A stretch of DNA of 64,000 nucleotides from Azolla caroliniana (GCA_043228905.1 JBHGNT010000004.1:17670001-17734000); one strand, 5' to 3'. Shown: positions 33,377 through 46,293, numbered from the stretch's first letter. A program made the numbers and translations. The notes: generated by a model not told the origin, from the letters alone.

Positions 33377-36300
33377 TGTCGTGCCTTTCGGCTCCGGATC
33401 GTTGCGTGAGTCGGGTGGGAACCACCGAGGTTTTGGACTAGGAGGAGGAAGAATTTGAGGCTAATCTTGTGAATCCCACAAGTATTACATTAATCAATAT
33501 TTATGTAAGAATATGAATTTAGATTGAAAGAGATAGATTATCTTAAACTTCGTGAATCCCACGAGTATATTTTATTAATTGGTGTTTTAGGAAATATATC
33601 CAATTTCCCAAATATTTCACACATAATTACATTGTGCTTCCCATCCTTATGTAGTGATGAGGAAGTCTTAGTAATCCATGCTTTTTCTCTAACTATAGAC
33701 CCCATGCTTTTCCTATAGATAGACTATATGCTTTATCTAAAGTGATCATGCTTTTTCTAACTTGTGCGTTTTTTATCATGCACGCTAGATGTGTATGTGT
33801 AGCTTTTTCTTTTGTTATGCGTTTTTCTAATGTTTATCCTAGCGTGAATTTACCTTTCTACGTGGGACATCTATGCTTTAACACTAATGAAATGCTAGTG
33901 TAATGGTAAGACATTACATTATTAACATGGAGGTGCAAGGTTCGAATCTTGCCCTATGCATGTTCCATTTATTTTGCTATTTTCTTCTATTTCTTCATTT
34001 TTTATTGAATCTAATACTATATACGTTTTTCACGTAGTGTACAAAATACACTACGACACTCACCCCCTCCAAACCCGCACATCCTCCGGTATGTGCCGAA
34101 GTTGTTGGTGTTTGTTAGTCTCCTCCGTCCGGTCTCTACCCGATTGGTTTCGTTGCCGGCTCGTAGTACCCTCGACTTCTCTTGTTATGTTGACTTTGTC
34201 TCTCCATTTGGAGCACATCCATTCTTTCCACCCGAACCATTGTCGACATCCGATCCACCATAGTCTTCGTTCGCTTTTTGCATGGCCCGCTTGGTCCTTG
34301 TCATCCGCGGTAGTATCTTTTCTTGCCCTCTTTCTTTTCTTCATCAATCTCGACTTCTTTTCGGATTTTCGGTTTAGTCGGATTAGCTTACTTCCGATTC
34401 GGTCTCGTCGGATCGTCTTTCGTTTAGTTCGGCTTCCTTTCCGATTTGTATTCGGTCGATCCGGACTCGGTTGATCGGTTTTTACCGATTCAGTGCTCTT
34501 TCGGGTCGGTTTCTTTTCTTTTCTTTTCGTCCGGATTTGCTTTCTTTTCTTCGTTTTCACCTGCCTTGTCCGGTTCGACTTTCGGCACTTCTTTCCGTTG
34601 TTCGCCATGTAGGTCCTCCGATATGTGCTCGTTGTTTGGTCCTCGTGTGGTTGTAATGCATGCTTCTTTTCTCGCCGTAGCGCGTGCTTCTTTATTCGCC
34701 ATAACAAGCGTTTCTTTATTCGCCGTAGAGCGTGCTCTGTATTACGCGCTTCTCTCGTCGTAGACCCGACCTCCGCATTGTCGCACTTTCTTTTAGATTG
34801 GAATTTCGGATGGATCATTTTCCATCCGAACCGACTTCCGACTTTACCTTCCTCGCCGCCATCTCCCGTCTCTCCGGTCTCACGTTGGTTCTTGGACACA
34901 ACCGCCGAAGTCTCTAGATATTGTTGGCATGAATCCTCGGTATTACCTTCTTTCGTAGTTTCACCCTTAGCATTCTTCTCGGCTATCTCTTCATCGTATT
35001 CGTCGGCTTCGACATTCGTTTTCTCTCCGCCACCTTCTGTCTCTTCGGTCTCACGTTGCCTTTCGATCGCAACCGCCGGAGTCTCTGGAATCAGTGGTGG
35101 GGAAGTCTCGATATGGCAATCCGCCATTGATTCGTCCATAGCCACCTTCGATTCGATTTCGTCTTTTGTGGCTACCTCCTTAATCACATCCGCTTCACAC
35201 TCTTTATCTGCATCAATTATGCAAACATCTATTATGCTTACCCCTTTTTGACCCGATGTCTCGGGCACTTGTATCCCGAAATTTCCTTCTACACTTGAAT
35301 TATCGGCCTTATCCTTCGCCATCGTTCTTTCACAAGACGAGTGGGTGTCTTGTTCCACTCTTTCTCCCGTGGTACCATCATGTTGTATTTCGGCCTTCAT
35401 ATTGGCTTCATCGTTTTTCCTCAATCGACCATCCTTCATGGGCCATGTCGTTGTTGACGAGATTCTCAGCTTCCTTTCATCATGTCTTCGGCATACCCTT
35501 TCGACTTTGGCCCAATCCTCGGTAAGGCCGTTCGCACCGTCATCATCTTTGAGTTCGATCCCAATGTCCATCCTTTCTTTCCGATCGATCGATCTTACGA
35601 ACATTAAGACTTTATCTTCTCCCACCAATCTTCGTTCCCGCTCCGAGAGTCGAGCAAAACAATGCTCGAACTCTAGGAACGCTTGCGTTGCACTTCGGTG
35701 AGTCTTCTCCGACGCCACCCATTCGTCGAATTCTCGTCGATCTCGTCCCGTCCATCTCTCATAGTCATATGCCTCCCGTAAAGCTTCTTCAAAGGACTCC
35801 CATGTCGAGTTTTGTTGTTGTATCTTGTGGATTCTCTCTTGTAGTTCGTCCGAGGCCACCCGACTAAAGGATATCACTTGCAATCCTTCCGGTATCCGAT
35901 ATTGCATCATCTCCGCCTTATATTCACGTAGGTAGCGTGACACACCCTTACCGTTGAATTCCCCGTTTCGTCGCAGAAGCCGCTCTACTGCCGCCTTCAT
36001 CTCCGACATCGCACGTTGTTCTTGTTGCATCCGCTCAAACATTATCATCATCATGTTCATCGCCTCTTGTTGATTCTCCATCTCCTTGCCACCCGCCTTC
36101 ACGTCGGGTTCACCAACTGTGTCGTGCCTTTCGGCTCCGGATCGTTGCGTGAGTCGGGTGGGAACCACCGAGGTTTTGGACTAGGAGGAGGAAGAATTTG
36201 AGGCTAATCTTGTGAATCCCACAAGTATTACATTAATCAATATTTATGTAAGAATATGAATTTAGATTGAAAGAGATAGATTATCTTAAACTTCGTGAAT

Positions 36301-36801
36301 CCCACGAGTATATTTTATTAATTGGTGTTTTAGGAAATATATCCAATTTCCCAAATATTTCACACATAATTACATTGTGCTTCCCATCCTTATGTAGTGA
36401 TGAGGAAGTCTTAGTAATCCATGCTTTTTCTCTAACTATAGACCCCATGCTTTTCCTATAGATAGACTATATGCTTTATCTAAAGTGATCATGCTTTTTC
36501 TAACTTGTGCGTTTTTTATCATGCACGCTAGATGTGTATGTGTAGCTTTTTCTTTTGTTATGCGTTTTTCTAATGTTTATCCTAGCGTGAATTTACCTTT
36601 CTACGTGGGACATCTATGCTTTAACACTAATGAAATGCTAGTGTAATGGTAAGACATTACATTATTAACATGGAGGTGCAAGGTTCGAATCTTGCCCTAT
36701 GCATGTTCCATTTATTTTGCTATTTTCTTCTATTTCTTCATTTTTTATTGAATCTAATACTATATACGTTTTTCACGTAGTGTACAAAATACACTACGAC
36801 A
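33377..36801 (-). mobile_element. Non-autonomous gag-only LTR element partnered to the tRNA-Trp Gypsy
   Basis: Two apparently identical 682-bp LTRs (33377-34058, 36120-36801), 4-bp TSD CCGT, the same Trp PBS (36098-36115), the same U5 end and PPT region as 15090-22412; no pol. Confidence 0.95.
34060..36081 (-). CDS. Gag-derived 673-aa protein with novel acidic and basic tail
   Basis: N-terminal ~200 aa homologous to the Gag at 15956 (NGEFNGKGVSRYLREYKAEM, DKVLMFVR, GLTEDW). It continues as an E-rich and then a K/R-rich region; no CCHC knuckle, no protease; no internal stops. Confidence 0.8.
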   Translation of the reverse strand: MENQQEAMNMMMIMFERMQQEQRAMSEMKAAVERLLRRNGEFNGKGVSRYLREYKAEMMQYRIPEGLQVISFSRVASDELQERIHKIQQQNSTWESFEEALREAYDYERWTGRDRREFDEWVASEKTHRSATQAFLEFEHCFARLSERERRLVGEDKVLMFVRSIDRKERMDIGIELKDDDGANGLTEDWAKVERVCRRHDERKLRISSTTTWPMKDGRLRKNDEANMKAEIQHDGTTGERVEQDTHSSCERTMAKDKADNSSVEGNFGIQVPETSGQKGVSIIDVCIIDADKECEADVIKEVATKDEIESKVAMDESMADCHIETSPPLIPETPAVAIERQRETEETEGGGEKTNVEADEYDEEIAEKNAKGETTKEGNTEDSCQQYLETSAVVSKNQRETGETGDGGEEGKVGSRFGWKMIHPKFQSKRKCDNAEVGSTTREARNTEHALRRIKKRLLWRIKKHALRREKKHALQPHEDQTTSTYRRTYMANNGKKCRKSNRTRQVKTKKRKQIRTKRKEKKPTRKSTESVKTDQPSPDRPNTNRKGSRTKRKTIRRDRIGSKLIRLNRKSEKKSRLMKKRKRARKDTTADDKDQAGHAKSERRLWWIGCRQWFGWKEWMCSKWRDKVNITREVEGTTSRQRNQSGRDRTEETNKHQQLRHIPEDVRVWRG

Positions 36802-38037
36802 CCGTCTATGCGTATATTCCGGAGGTCCAGGACATATAGCCATTCATTGCTCACGTAGGCCGAGACGTCAATTAAATCAAATTCGCTATGACAATAAAAA
36901 TGAGCCCAACATTTAAGAAGCACTTAGTGATTCTAATATTATGAATAATCCACCCTTGTCCAATAAGTTTGAAGTCCTAAGACAATTAGAAGAGGATTCA
37001 AAGGAATAAGTCCAACCAAAATAGGAGCCATTTGGTTGGACAACCCTAGATCTGTACAACCTAGTGTAGGATTTCATCCAAGCATGTTAGTAGAGTATTC
37101 TCAGCCCAAGCACAAGTTAGGACATCGAGTTGTCAACTTTAGGTCCAAGCCCTCTTAGATACCGGAGCCAATTCTTGTTTCATGGATAGAGATTTTGCCC
37201 AAAAACATCAAATATCCTTGCATACCCTTCCTTGGCCAGTTTCCGTAATAGTGATTGATGGACATCCCATAGCTTCCGGGAATATATTCAAAGAGTCTGA
37301 GCCAATACACATACTCTTAGGTGATTTAGGATGTGTCGTTTCCTTTAACATAGTCCGTAGCCCCGAGCATCCAATTGTCCTTAGTTTGCCATGGTTCGAG
37401 CTACATAACCCAAAAATTGATTGGAGGAGGCGATAAATTTGGTGCTCTTCAACAGAAAACATCATTGCTAGGGATCAAACCCAGGACTATTCCCTTAAAG
37501 AATATAGTTCTACCAGTGCACCATCTCCTTTTCATCACATTGCAACAATTGTCCCAAGTGGGAGGAAAGGAGATACTTTTCTTATTTGCAATATCAATGA
37601 CACCTTCTAGTGCCACTCAAGGGAATTCAGATATCCAAATTTCCAAAAAATATCAAGAATATGTTGATATTTTCGACAAAGTCAAAGCTAATGTACTTCC
37701 AAAGCATAGGTCGTACGATTGTCTCATTGACCTCCAATCAGGAAAAGAGCCACCGTGGGGTCCGATCTACAATCTATCACCAACTGAGCTTGAGGTTCTT
37801 CGAGAATACATCAAGGAGAATCTTGCACATGGGTTTATTCGACATTCAAAGTCTCTAGCTGATGCTCCTATATTTTTTGTGAAGAAAAAGGACGGTTCGC
37901 TTCATTTGGTCATGGACTATCGGGGATTAAATAAAGTCACCATAAGAAATATGTATACTCTGCCTTTAATCTCTAGTCTTTTAGAGCGCATTGGTGGGGC
38001 AAAGCATTTTACAATGATTGATTCAAGCTACCAATTC

Positions 38038-38400
38038 GCTCTGATACCATATAATGAATCGGGAGCGATTTTGTGCAGCGGAAGGTGTGTGTAGTGGAGA
38101 GAGAGAGAGAAAGAGAAACAAAGTTATATAGAAAAACCGAAAAACTGTATTTAACAAGAATAAGACAACCAACGGTTACAAAGAGAGGTAGAAGGTGCTT
38201 ATGTAGTCACCTTCTCTCTATGTTCTCTCACTACAACCACTTCTTACAAGAGAGGTGCAGACTTAACTACACTAAATGTGTCATAGAACCTTAAAGTTCT
38301 ATGACACACTAGTTACTATATTAGGAGGTGGGGTGTTCACACACTTTGAGTATCCTAAGGTGTGTTCCCACACTAGGGAAGTTGAGTTTGATTCTCAACA
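38038..38400 (-). mobile_element. 5' LTR plus iMet PBS of a Copia-1-like element (probably Copia-4)
   Basis: Minus strand starts TGTTGAGAATCAAACTCAACTTCCC, like 6514; PBS TGGTATCAGAGC at 38038-38049. Confidence 0.75.
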
Positions 38401-40699
38401 ATTGTATAACATTTTCTTCCAAAGTTTAGGATACACTGACTCTTACGTTGTCAAATATGGAATCCCTCAATGTCATTCATATCCATTGTATGATTAGAAT
38501 AAACATGTTCACCACTTTTCCCCCTTGTACATATTGTTAAACAAAATGACCCCAAGAAAGTTTTGCATGAGTAATCCACCAAGCCTTTGTTCATAAAAAT
38601 CAACATTTTGTTCATAAAATATGGAGCCTCCCTTACAAAGTTATCTCTTTGAAAACTCCATTGAATGAGGACAAAACAATCTAGATGCTATTTTTTTGTT
38701 TTTTTGTTTATCTTTACCATTGTACAATCCAAACCAAGATGGTTCTTTTCCATGAATTAGCATGTAAAACATCAAAGAATGTTTTCTAGAAACAACACAA
38801 GCCTAGATTTATGAGTTTGTTTCATGTGATATTGTATGGATTGTATTGACACTTCCATGATAAAGTAATAAAATTAGGACTATTTTATAAATTGCATATT
38901 ATATGAACAACATTTATTGATAATAATTTGGAAGAGTTGAATAATTTCCAATTATAAGATGAAATGTTTAGAATTGGGCAGATTTTTATTACATAGTGAG
39001 GACAACATTTAGCAAGGAATTCCAGCATGAGGATTTATTAGATTAGAAAACAAGAGTTTATTTTTAATCCCACAAATTCTCAGGTTATAATCCCTTTTAA
39101 GCTACAATTTAAGCATTCAAATTAAAAATCTTTAGAGGAAGGAATATTAATTTGGTATGCTCAAAATTTGAATGGATTTTTCTGTGTGATATTATCTTAA
39201 AACTGGACCTTACTTGTCTAAATTAAGGAGAGTTTAATTTATAAGATTATGAAGCCTAATAGCTAAGTTTAACTAAGTCATTAAGTACTCAACTACCCAC
39301 TCTCTTGGCCATGGTCTATTGGTGTTTGTTCACACCCACATTGAGATTCCTTAGAATCTTGACACTAGCCTGGAATTTTGGCTTAAGCATGATTATTCTA
39401 GCATCCACATTTACATGCCTAGGATTTGGTATTGATATTAATGTCTTTCTTATTCTCTACTAGGCCATCAACACTCTAACATCCATATTGCATGCATAAG
39501 GTTCCTTACTACTTTAATTAGTTTTTCGTTTTCTCATAATTAAAACCATGTAATTTCAAATCTAGTATTGTGTTTTCTAAACGACACAATCACATTTTGT
39601 TATCTCATCCTACAAATCAAGGATATCGTTTCGTACATTTTCATATCACTCATATATTGTAACACCATTGACATTACTCCAACTAACTACAAAGCCCTTT
39701 CTTCTTTGAAAATGGATACGATTATGCCAATATTATACTTACAGAAAAACTTCCATGGTTTTTTAATGTTCATGTTTGGAATTTACATATAAAACATGAC
39801 TGGTAAGTTTGGCTCGTAAGAAAGTCATAAATGTGACTACACAATTGTGCCCATGTGACGAAAATGTTTACTACAAATGAAGGACATTTCTTCACTACGG
39901 GAAGATATCCCATCAAACTACTGTATACATTTATGATAGTAGAACAAATAGAAAGACTGAGAACTCACTTTGCTTGACATGTAAGAAACTCTAGCTATTG
40001 ACTCTTGGTAATTATGAAGGATTCATTTGTAGGGGGTGAATGGAAAGGTACATTATAACAAACCCTCCCCCATAGAGAATGAAAATGCTTAGAGTTTTGC
40101 TATAGATGTGTCCGTACCTTGAGACATGGGTTCTTATGTGTATACTCCAAATCTCGCATTTCAAGACACATTAATTACATTATTGATCACATTACTAAAT
40201 TTGTTTGATGCAGATTTTTGTTTGATGTGGTCCTCCTCTTGGCTTTTGTTTTTTTGTGTTGGAATGTTTACATGATGAAAGACATGCAAAACAAGTACTA
40301 TATGGTTTGAAAAAGATATATTATGAATGTGCTAGGACAATGAGATACATAAAAGGACATGTGTGTGAAGCTCAACATGGAAGGCTATAAATAAATAATT
40401 GTGTGCTTGTAAGTTAGATATGTTTGTGTACGAATGGTAACTAACAAAACATGTAAGAGACAAGATGTTTTTGCATTGATTTTGAAAAGGATTTACCTTG
40501 TCCCCAACCAATAGCGTTACGTTGTTGGGTAAAAATGTGAATATGTGTGAAAGAGTAATGGAAAATGTTGTGATTGATGTTAATTGTAGAGCCTCCTAAA
40601 TATCAAAAGGGCTTTTTTGTTTTAGTTTCCCTATCATGGAGATTGCTCAATAATCTAGGATGTTTTTGTCCTAGCCTTTGTATTGTTGACAATGGGTGC

Positions 40700-41760
40700 T
40701 TGAAAGGTGTGAAGATGGTTGTAGTATATAATGTGTGAAGCGTAAGCCTCCACATTTGCCCCATGTTATGATACACTTGCGTTGCAAAAAGGCCTCATTT
40801 ACAAAGGAATCTAGTGATGCATCATGAAATAAGTGTGTTGCATTCTATCTATTAAACCATTTTTCCATATCTTGCATCTAGCCGAAACACAAAATTTTGC
40901 TTTTATGCTTCTTTTGGATCTCTTTGCTTGCTTCCCAAGAGATTCTAGAAAGTTGATGTGAAGGACTTTTTTGAACCTTAAGCATGTATTCAACAACCCT
41001 TTCCATGGCCATGATCTCAATGGGAAGTGATCTCGTCTCAAGGAGGAGGCGGGTGTATGAGATTTGTTTCTTAACCTATAGAAACTTTATAAGAAAATGT
41101 TTTTGGACATTTTCAAAGTCTTTCCAAGTGGATTTAGAGATGTTACCACCCCATAGAGAAGCACCGGTGTCACCAAATTGTCCAAAAGGTATTTCTTGAG
41201 GACCCAACACTTAATATCTCCATGATTAGTGCTCTCAAATGCATAATGTGTTCTCAAATTGGCAAGCATTTCTTCCAATTCATCAATGCAGAGACTAAAT
41301 AGAGTTGGTGAGAGTGACCATTCTTGCTTAACACCAATAGTGCTATTGAGAAAATATGAAAGTCTATCACCCATACGCACACAATATATAACCTTCTCGT
41401 AGATTCGGGAAATTGCAAGCTTATATTCACTTGTCACCTCAAGTTCTTCCATTAACCTCCAAAGATGCTCACAAGGTACCATATCAAAAGCTTTCTTGAA
41501 GTCTATGAAGCAACAATATAAACCTTTACCTTTCAAGTGACTTTCTACCATTAATGCTCGAAGGGTGACAATTGATCAATGGTGTTACGATGCCTCTCTT
41601 GGCCATTTTTCTTAGCTACTACACTTATCTTTGATTCCATTGTACATCCGAATAGTTTTTCCATTAGTCAGCCAACCATCATGGTTCAAGAGTTGTTTAC
41701 ATTATTTACACCTCAATTTGGTCGATTTTGTTTTAAGCTTTAGTGGGAGACTTTTGCAAG
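40700..41760 (-). mobile_element. RTE-clade LINE RT fragment
   Basis: YCCFIDFKKAFDMV, GVKQEWSLSPTLF, LVTPVLLYG in ORF 41087-41551. Confidence 0.75.
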
Positions 41761-41779
41761 ACATTGTTTAAAATGTGGT

Positions 41780-44700
41780 CAATTGGGACATTTTATGACC
41801 GAATGCCAATATCATGGTGAACCATCCACACAATTATGTCAGAGAAAAAAAATAAGAAAAATGTTGAGAGAAGAATATTGTCCAATCAACAGTTGATATG
41901 ATCATGGATGAGGGAACATCTCATGGTTAGAATGAGATTCTAAAGTTCATGGTCAAGTTGGAGGTGTTGGGGAGGATAATAAAGTTAGTAGTGTGGAACA
42001 AAGGGAATGGTGTTGCCATACAAAGGCACACAATAAGTACTATTGGTAAGGCATTACCAAAAGATAGTTTGAGAATGAGTGAGGGCTTTACGAAAAATCT
42101 TTGGCAAAAACAAGTCCAAAATCAGAGATTATCTGATGAGTTACAATTTAAATCTTTGGGAAGGGTGGTGGGAGCTCAATTTAATTAAGGATTTTGTACT
42201 TGTAGGGCTAGATAACAAAACTCTATGATTGGTGGAGGGGATGTAGTACACGCAAATCCTTATGCAGTTCTTCAACAAGTAGTTTGTAAATTTATACATA
42301 CACTTGCTCGTAAAGGGCAAGTTCTTACTAAAGGTGTTAAATGAAAGTGGTATCATGGAGTGTGCAAGGGTCATCTTCTCCTCAAGAAATGTATGTTAGG
42401 AAAACTTTATTTGATAAGGAATGGGATGTTTCATGTGCAATTCAACATAAGTGTGATGATTTAACAGGACCTTGTTACATTTGCATGGATATTCTGTATA
42501 TTATGCAGGTTAATTATCACATCATTATTCAAGTGTAATCATGATTTGTTTTGTCCACATAGTCTATAATGATCCACATGGATGCTTTTTGGTGATGAAG
42601 TCAAGTACTTCGAAGTTTTGATATGGTTGGTAGGAATTTATGCACCCAACACTAGTAATCAGTGCATTGAGTTGTAGTCTTCTATGTATCGAAGGTTATT
42701 AATGGGTCGTGTTCATTTGTTGATGGGTGATTTTGATATGTGTGTTGATGCATCACAATCTACATCATGATTCTCATTGATGGATTCTTTTGAGCAAGCA
42801 TATTGGGACAAATTGGAGTTAGAGGTTTTGATGTTGGATGTATGGAAATGGTTGCATCAAGATAAGCTTGGGTTTATATTTCAGTCTTTGCAATATAAGA
42901 AAACATGGACTTGGTTGGACAAAATGTATGTTATGTATGATGAATCCTTTTTGTTAGAGATGCTTAATATGTCAATCACGCAAGAGGTTATGAACATGGA
43001 TAATTTTCTCATATGTTTTGAGTTTAATAAACATGGGGTGGATATGTACAAAACATTGCTTGATCGTGTTCCTTTCAGGTTTAATTCTTCTTTATTATTA
43101 CATTCCTTATTTGATGCCTATATGCAACAAATTTTTGGCATGTTTTCAAAACAAGTTATTTCAAAAGGATGGCATGCATGAGATACAACACTACAAAACA
43201 TTAGTGATATTCATTGTATGTATGGTATGACTAATGCTAAAAGACGTAAGAAATTGATTGATAAGTTTTCACATATTCTTACGCGATGCAATGTATTATT
43301 GATGAATAATCTGCATGATCAAGAGCTTTCAAATGTTTAAGTTCAAGGACATGACATTGTGAAGAATTTGTCTTGCCAAAATTATCAACAAACAAGATTA
43401 CATCAATTAAAGGTGGGATTTATAGATAATCAATCACAATCTCATATGTTTTTTCAAAGATTAATACCATTATATGCTCGTTCGAATGTGGTAAAAATTA
43501 AGATAGGGGATGACATTGTTGTAGACCCAATCAAGGTTATTGAGTTATGTATTACTCATTTTAAGAATTTGACTGGGCCAGAGTTGATTATTAATGAGGA
43601 TGTGTTGAAAGCATGACAAGAGTTTTATAATGTAATTAGGTGTGTCGTGAATACAAATATTTGTCAAGAATTGGATGTTGATTTTGACAAAGCTGAGGTG
43701 GAAAAGGTATTGTTACACCTTCCAAATGGTAACGCCCTAGTTGGGATGGTATTACAAATGAAGTTTTTAAGAAGTGTGCTAGTATGCTTAAGAGTCCATT
43801 CACACAAATGTTTCAACAATGTTGGGATTCTGGTTTCATGCTTGAAAGCTGGAAGGTGGGCTTAATCAAATTGATACCAAAGGTACCATCTCCAAAGACA
43901 TTTCATCAATGGAGGACTACTTCATTGATGGGAGGGTTGTACAAAATGTTTGCAAAGATATTATCCAACAAACTTAAGGAATTCTTACCTCAACTTATTC
44001 ATCCATCTGAATATGGTTTTATTGCAGGTAAAAATATATTGCATAATGTTTTGAATGTTCAAATGGCTATCGATTATGCTCGGCATAGACATCAAGAAAT
44101 GGTTATGGTGCAATTAGATTTGGAAAAAACATATGATCGTGTTAATTGGTCTTTCCGCTCAAGTGTGATGTATAATATGGAGTTTGGTCCTCGTATGTGT
44201 CGACTTATCTTTGTGCTAGGGCAAACTGCAACCTCACATGTGATGCTTAACGACGGATTTACTCCGAAAGTGTTTCTTACTAGATTTGTGCGACAAGGAT
44301 GTCCATTAAGCCCATTGTTATTTGCTATTGTTACACATCCTTTGTTAGTAATGATGTCAAATCTTGCAAGCAATGTTGATATTGTGGGTTTGCATCTTCC
44401 TTCTGGAGGACAATTGGTGGCACAAGCATTGACTGATAATTCGTTTATATTTTTACAAGCCTCAAAAGAAAATCTTGAAAGGAGTATGCAAGTTTGGAAT
44501 CAATTTGCTTTGGCTTCAAGGTTGTATATAAATTGGAGGAAGACTCACCTTATTTTTTGTACGGAGAGTGATTTGGAATGTTTGGGATGGCGAGGGTCAA
44601 TGAATACACGAGGATTAATATATCGACATTTGGGTTATTCATTGGGTTTTGATGTTGCAAATGTCCAATTGATTGATTGGATTGGTAGTAAATTGAAGGA

Positions 44701-46293
44701 CAAATTTATGTATTGGAAATCTCATTTATGGCCCTTTCATGTACGACTCAAAGTGGTGCAATGTATCTTAATACCCATCTTATCATATTTTTTGCCTTTA
44801 CTATCTTGGACTAAGAAGGCATTACAAAACATGTTACAACCTATTCGGTTCATGTTGTGGTGGAAGGGAGAAATGATGGAAGTTACATGGATTTCATGGG
44901 ACCATTTGGCTACTCCTAAAAGGTTAGGTGGTGCAACAATATTAGATTTGGAAATGCATTTGATGGCTCGTAGATTTGCATTATTACGAGATATGTGTTG
45001 ACAAGATCAACCATGGATATCTATGATGCAATATTTTATTGAGCACGAAGGATTGGTGCACGGGAAAGCAAAGATTCAAGCATCCTAGCCGTCATTGCGC
45101 AATGGAAGTATTCCTCTAAAGATTCGACATTTTATATGTGGACAACATTTGGTGGCAAGATGCATTATCTCTTTTTGAATGGGGATCGTCAAGTGATCGA
45201 GAATCTTGTAATTCATTACAAAATGAATTGCTTGTTTCTTCTTGAGTGTTGTTTTGGAATGGGAAAGAGAAGTTGCGATCTCAATTCAATCGTTTTGTTT
45301 TGATTGGGGATTGTACATTGGGAAGATGTGGTTGATAATGAATTTCGAATCCTGTAATTCATTACAAAATGAATTGCTTGTTTTTTCTCAGGTATTGTTT
45401 TGGCATGGGAATGAGAAGTTGAGATCTCAATTCAATCGTTTATTTCGACTAGGGATTTTACATTTGGAAGATGTGGTTAATAATGAATCTCAAAGGTTGT
45501 TAGAATTTGAAGATGCCAAGCGATGGTTATGTATTCCCCTATATTATGGATTTATTTGGGAGAAATTACAAGATATACCATTGTTGCAAGGATCTTTGCC
45601 ATTGAAAAACAAATGTTGCACCTTGGGTGGATTGGCGGTTACAAGATAGTACATGCTTGTTAAAGGACAAGACAAATATATTGTATCATCATGCAATGAC
45701 ATCATTATCTTGGCTATCTCCTAAAGCAACAAAGTTGTGGAATGTATGTAAGTCACTCATATGGAGAGCCATGATTAGTGGGCTCCCATTATGTTCAACC
45801 TTAAAGAGAGGAGGACTAAGGTCTAACACTTGTTTCTTAATCACCATTCCATTATAGGATAATACACATAGGTTCATTAAATGTCTTATAGCATGTACCA
45901 TTTGGAAGTACTAATCGAACATTTGGCAACTTTTAACCTCAACAATGGGTTTTTTCTCAATATATTCAAAATGGTTCAAATAATGAGATGGAGATATTGT
46001 TCCAATTTTTACATTATTGGGGCTATAGCACAATTGGAATATGCATAATGCTTTCATGTTTAATAATAGACATGGGGTAAAAGCCTATATAAATAAGCTG
46101 AAAGGTATTCTCTTGTGGAATTTTTGGATGTTAGAGCATGTGGGGATCATTTCCTCAAATGCATATTCAGATTTTTTAATGGCATTACAAGACGTCCCTC
46201 TCCCTACATAGGCATATGATAGGCAAGGGAGACCAAGAAGTGTTGTAACTAAGTGGATTTTACACACAATTAATATAATTGTGTGCTTTTACC
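41780..46293 (+). mobile_element. Degenerate L1/Tx1-like LINE
   Basis: ORF2 endonuclease start MKVVSWSVQG at 42341; RT 43784-45001 (LDLEKTYDRVNW, VRQGCPLSPLLF, decayed ADD); 3' end followed by an A-rich linker and AG repeats. The 5' limit is approximate. Confidence 0.85.

Larger units (their letters stand above)
31931..38016 (+). mobile_element. Tcn1-like chromoviral Gypsy, 3'-truncated, split by a non-autonomous element
   Basis: LTR 31931-32362 (TGTCA..TGACA); PEG10/Tf-like gag (EPKISLPTKFDG, LRQG, PIEI); knuckle LCVYSGGPGHIAIHC restored across the insertion; protease LLDTGANSCFMD; RT start PIFFVKKKDGSL..DYRGLNK. Confidence 0.85.

Noticed and set aside
33890-33960. Possible genuine tRNA genes at the A/B box modules
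   Set aside because: No acceptor stem or consistent anticodon arm; treated as promoter-like modules only.
33956-35701. Long antisense ORFs over the gag-only element, and antisense ORFs over pol at 18225-21325
   Set aside because: Expected shadows of a purine-rich open sense frame; no motifs.
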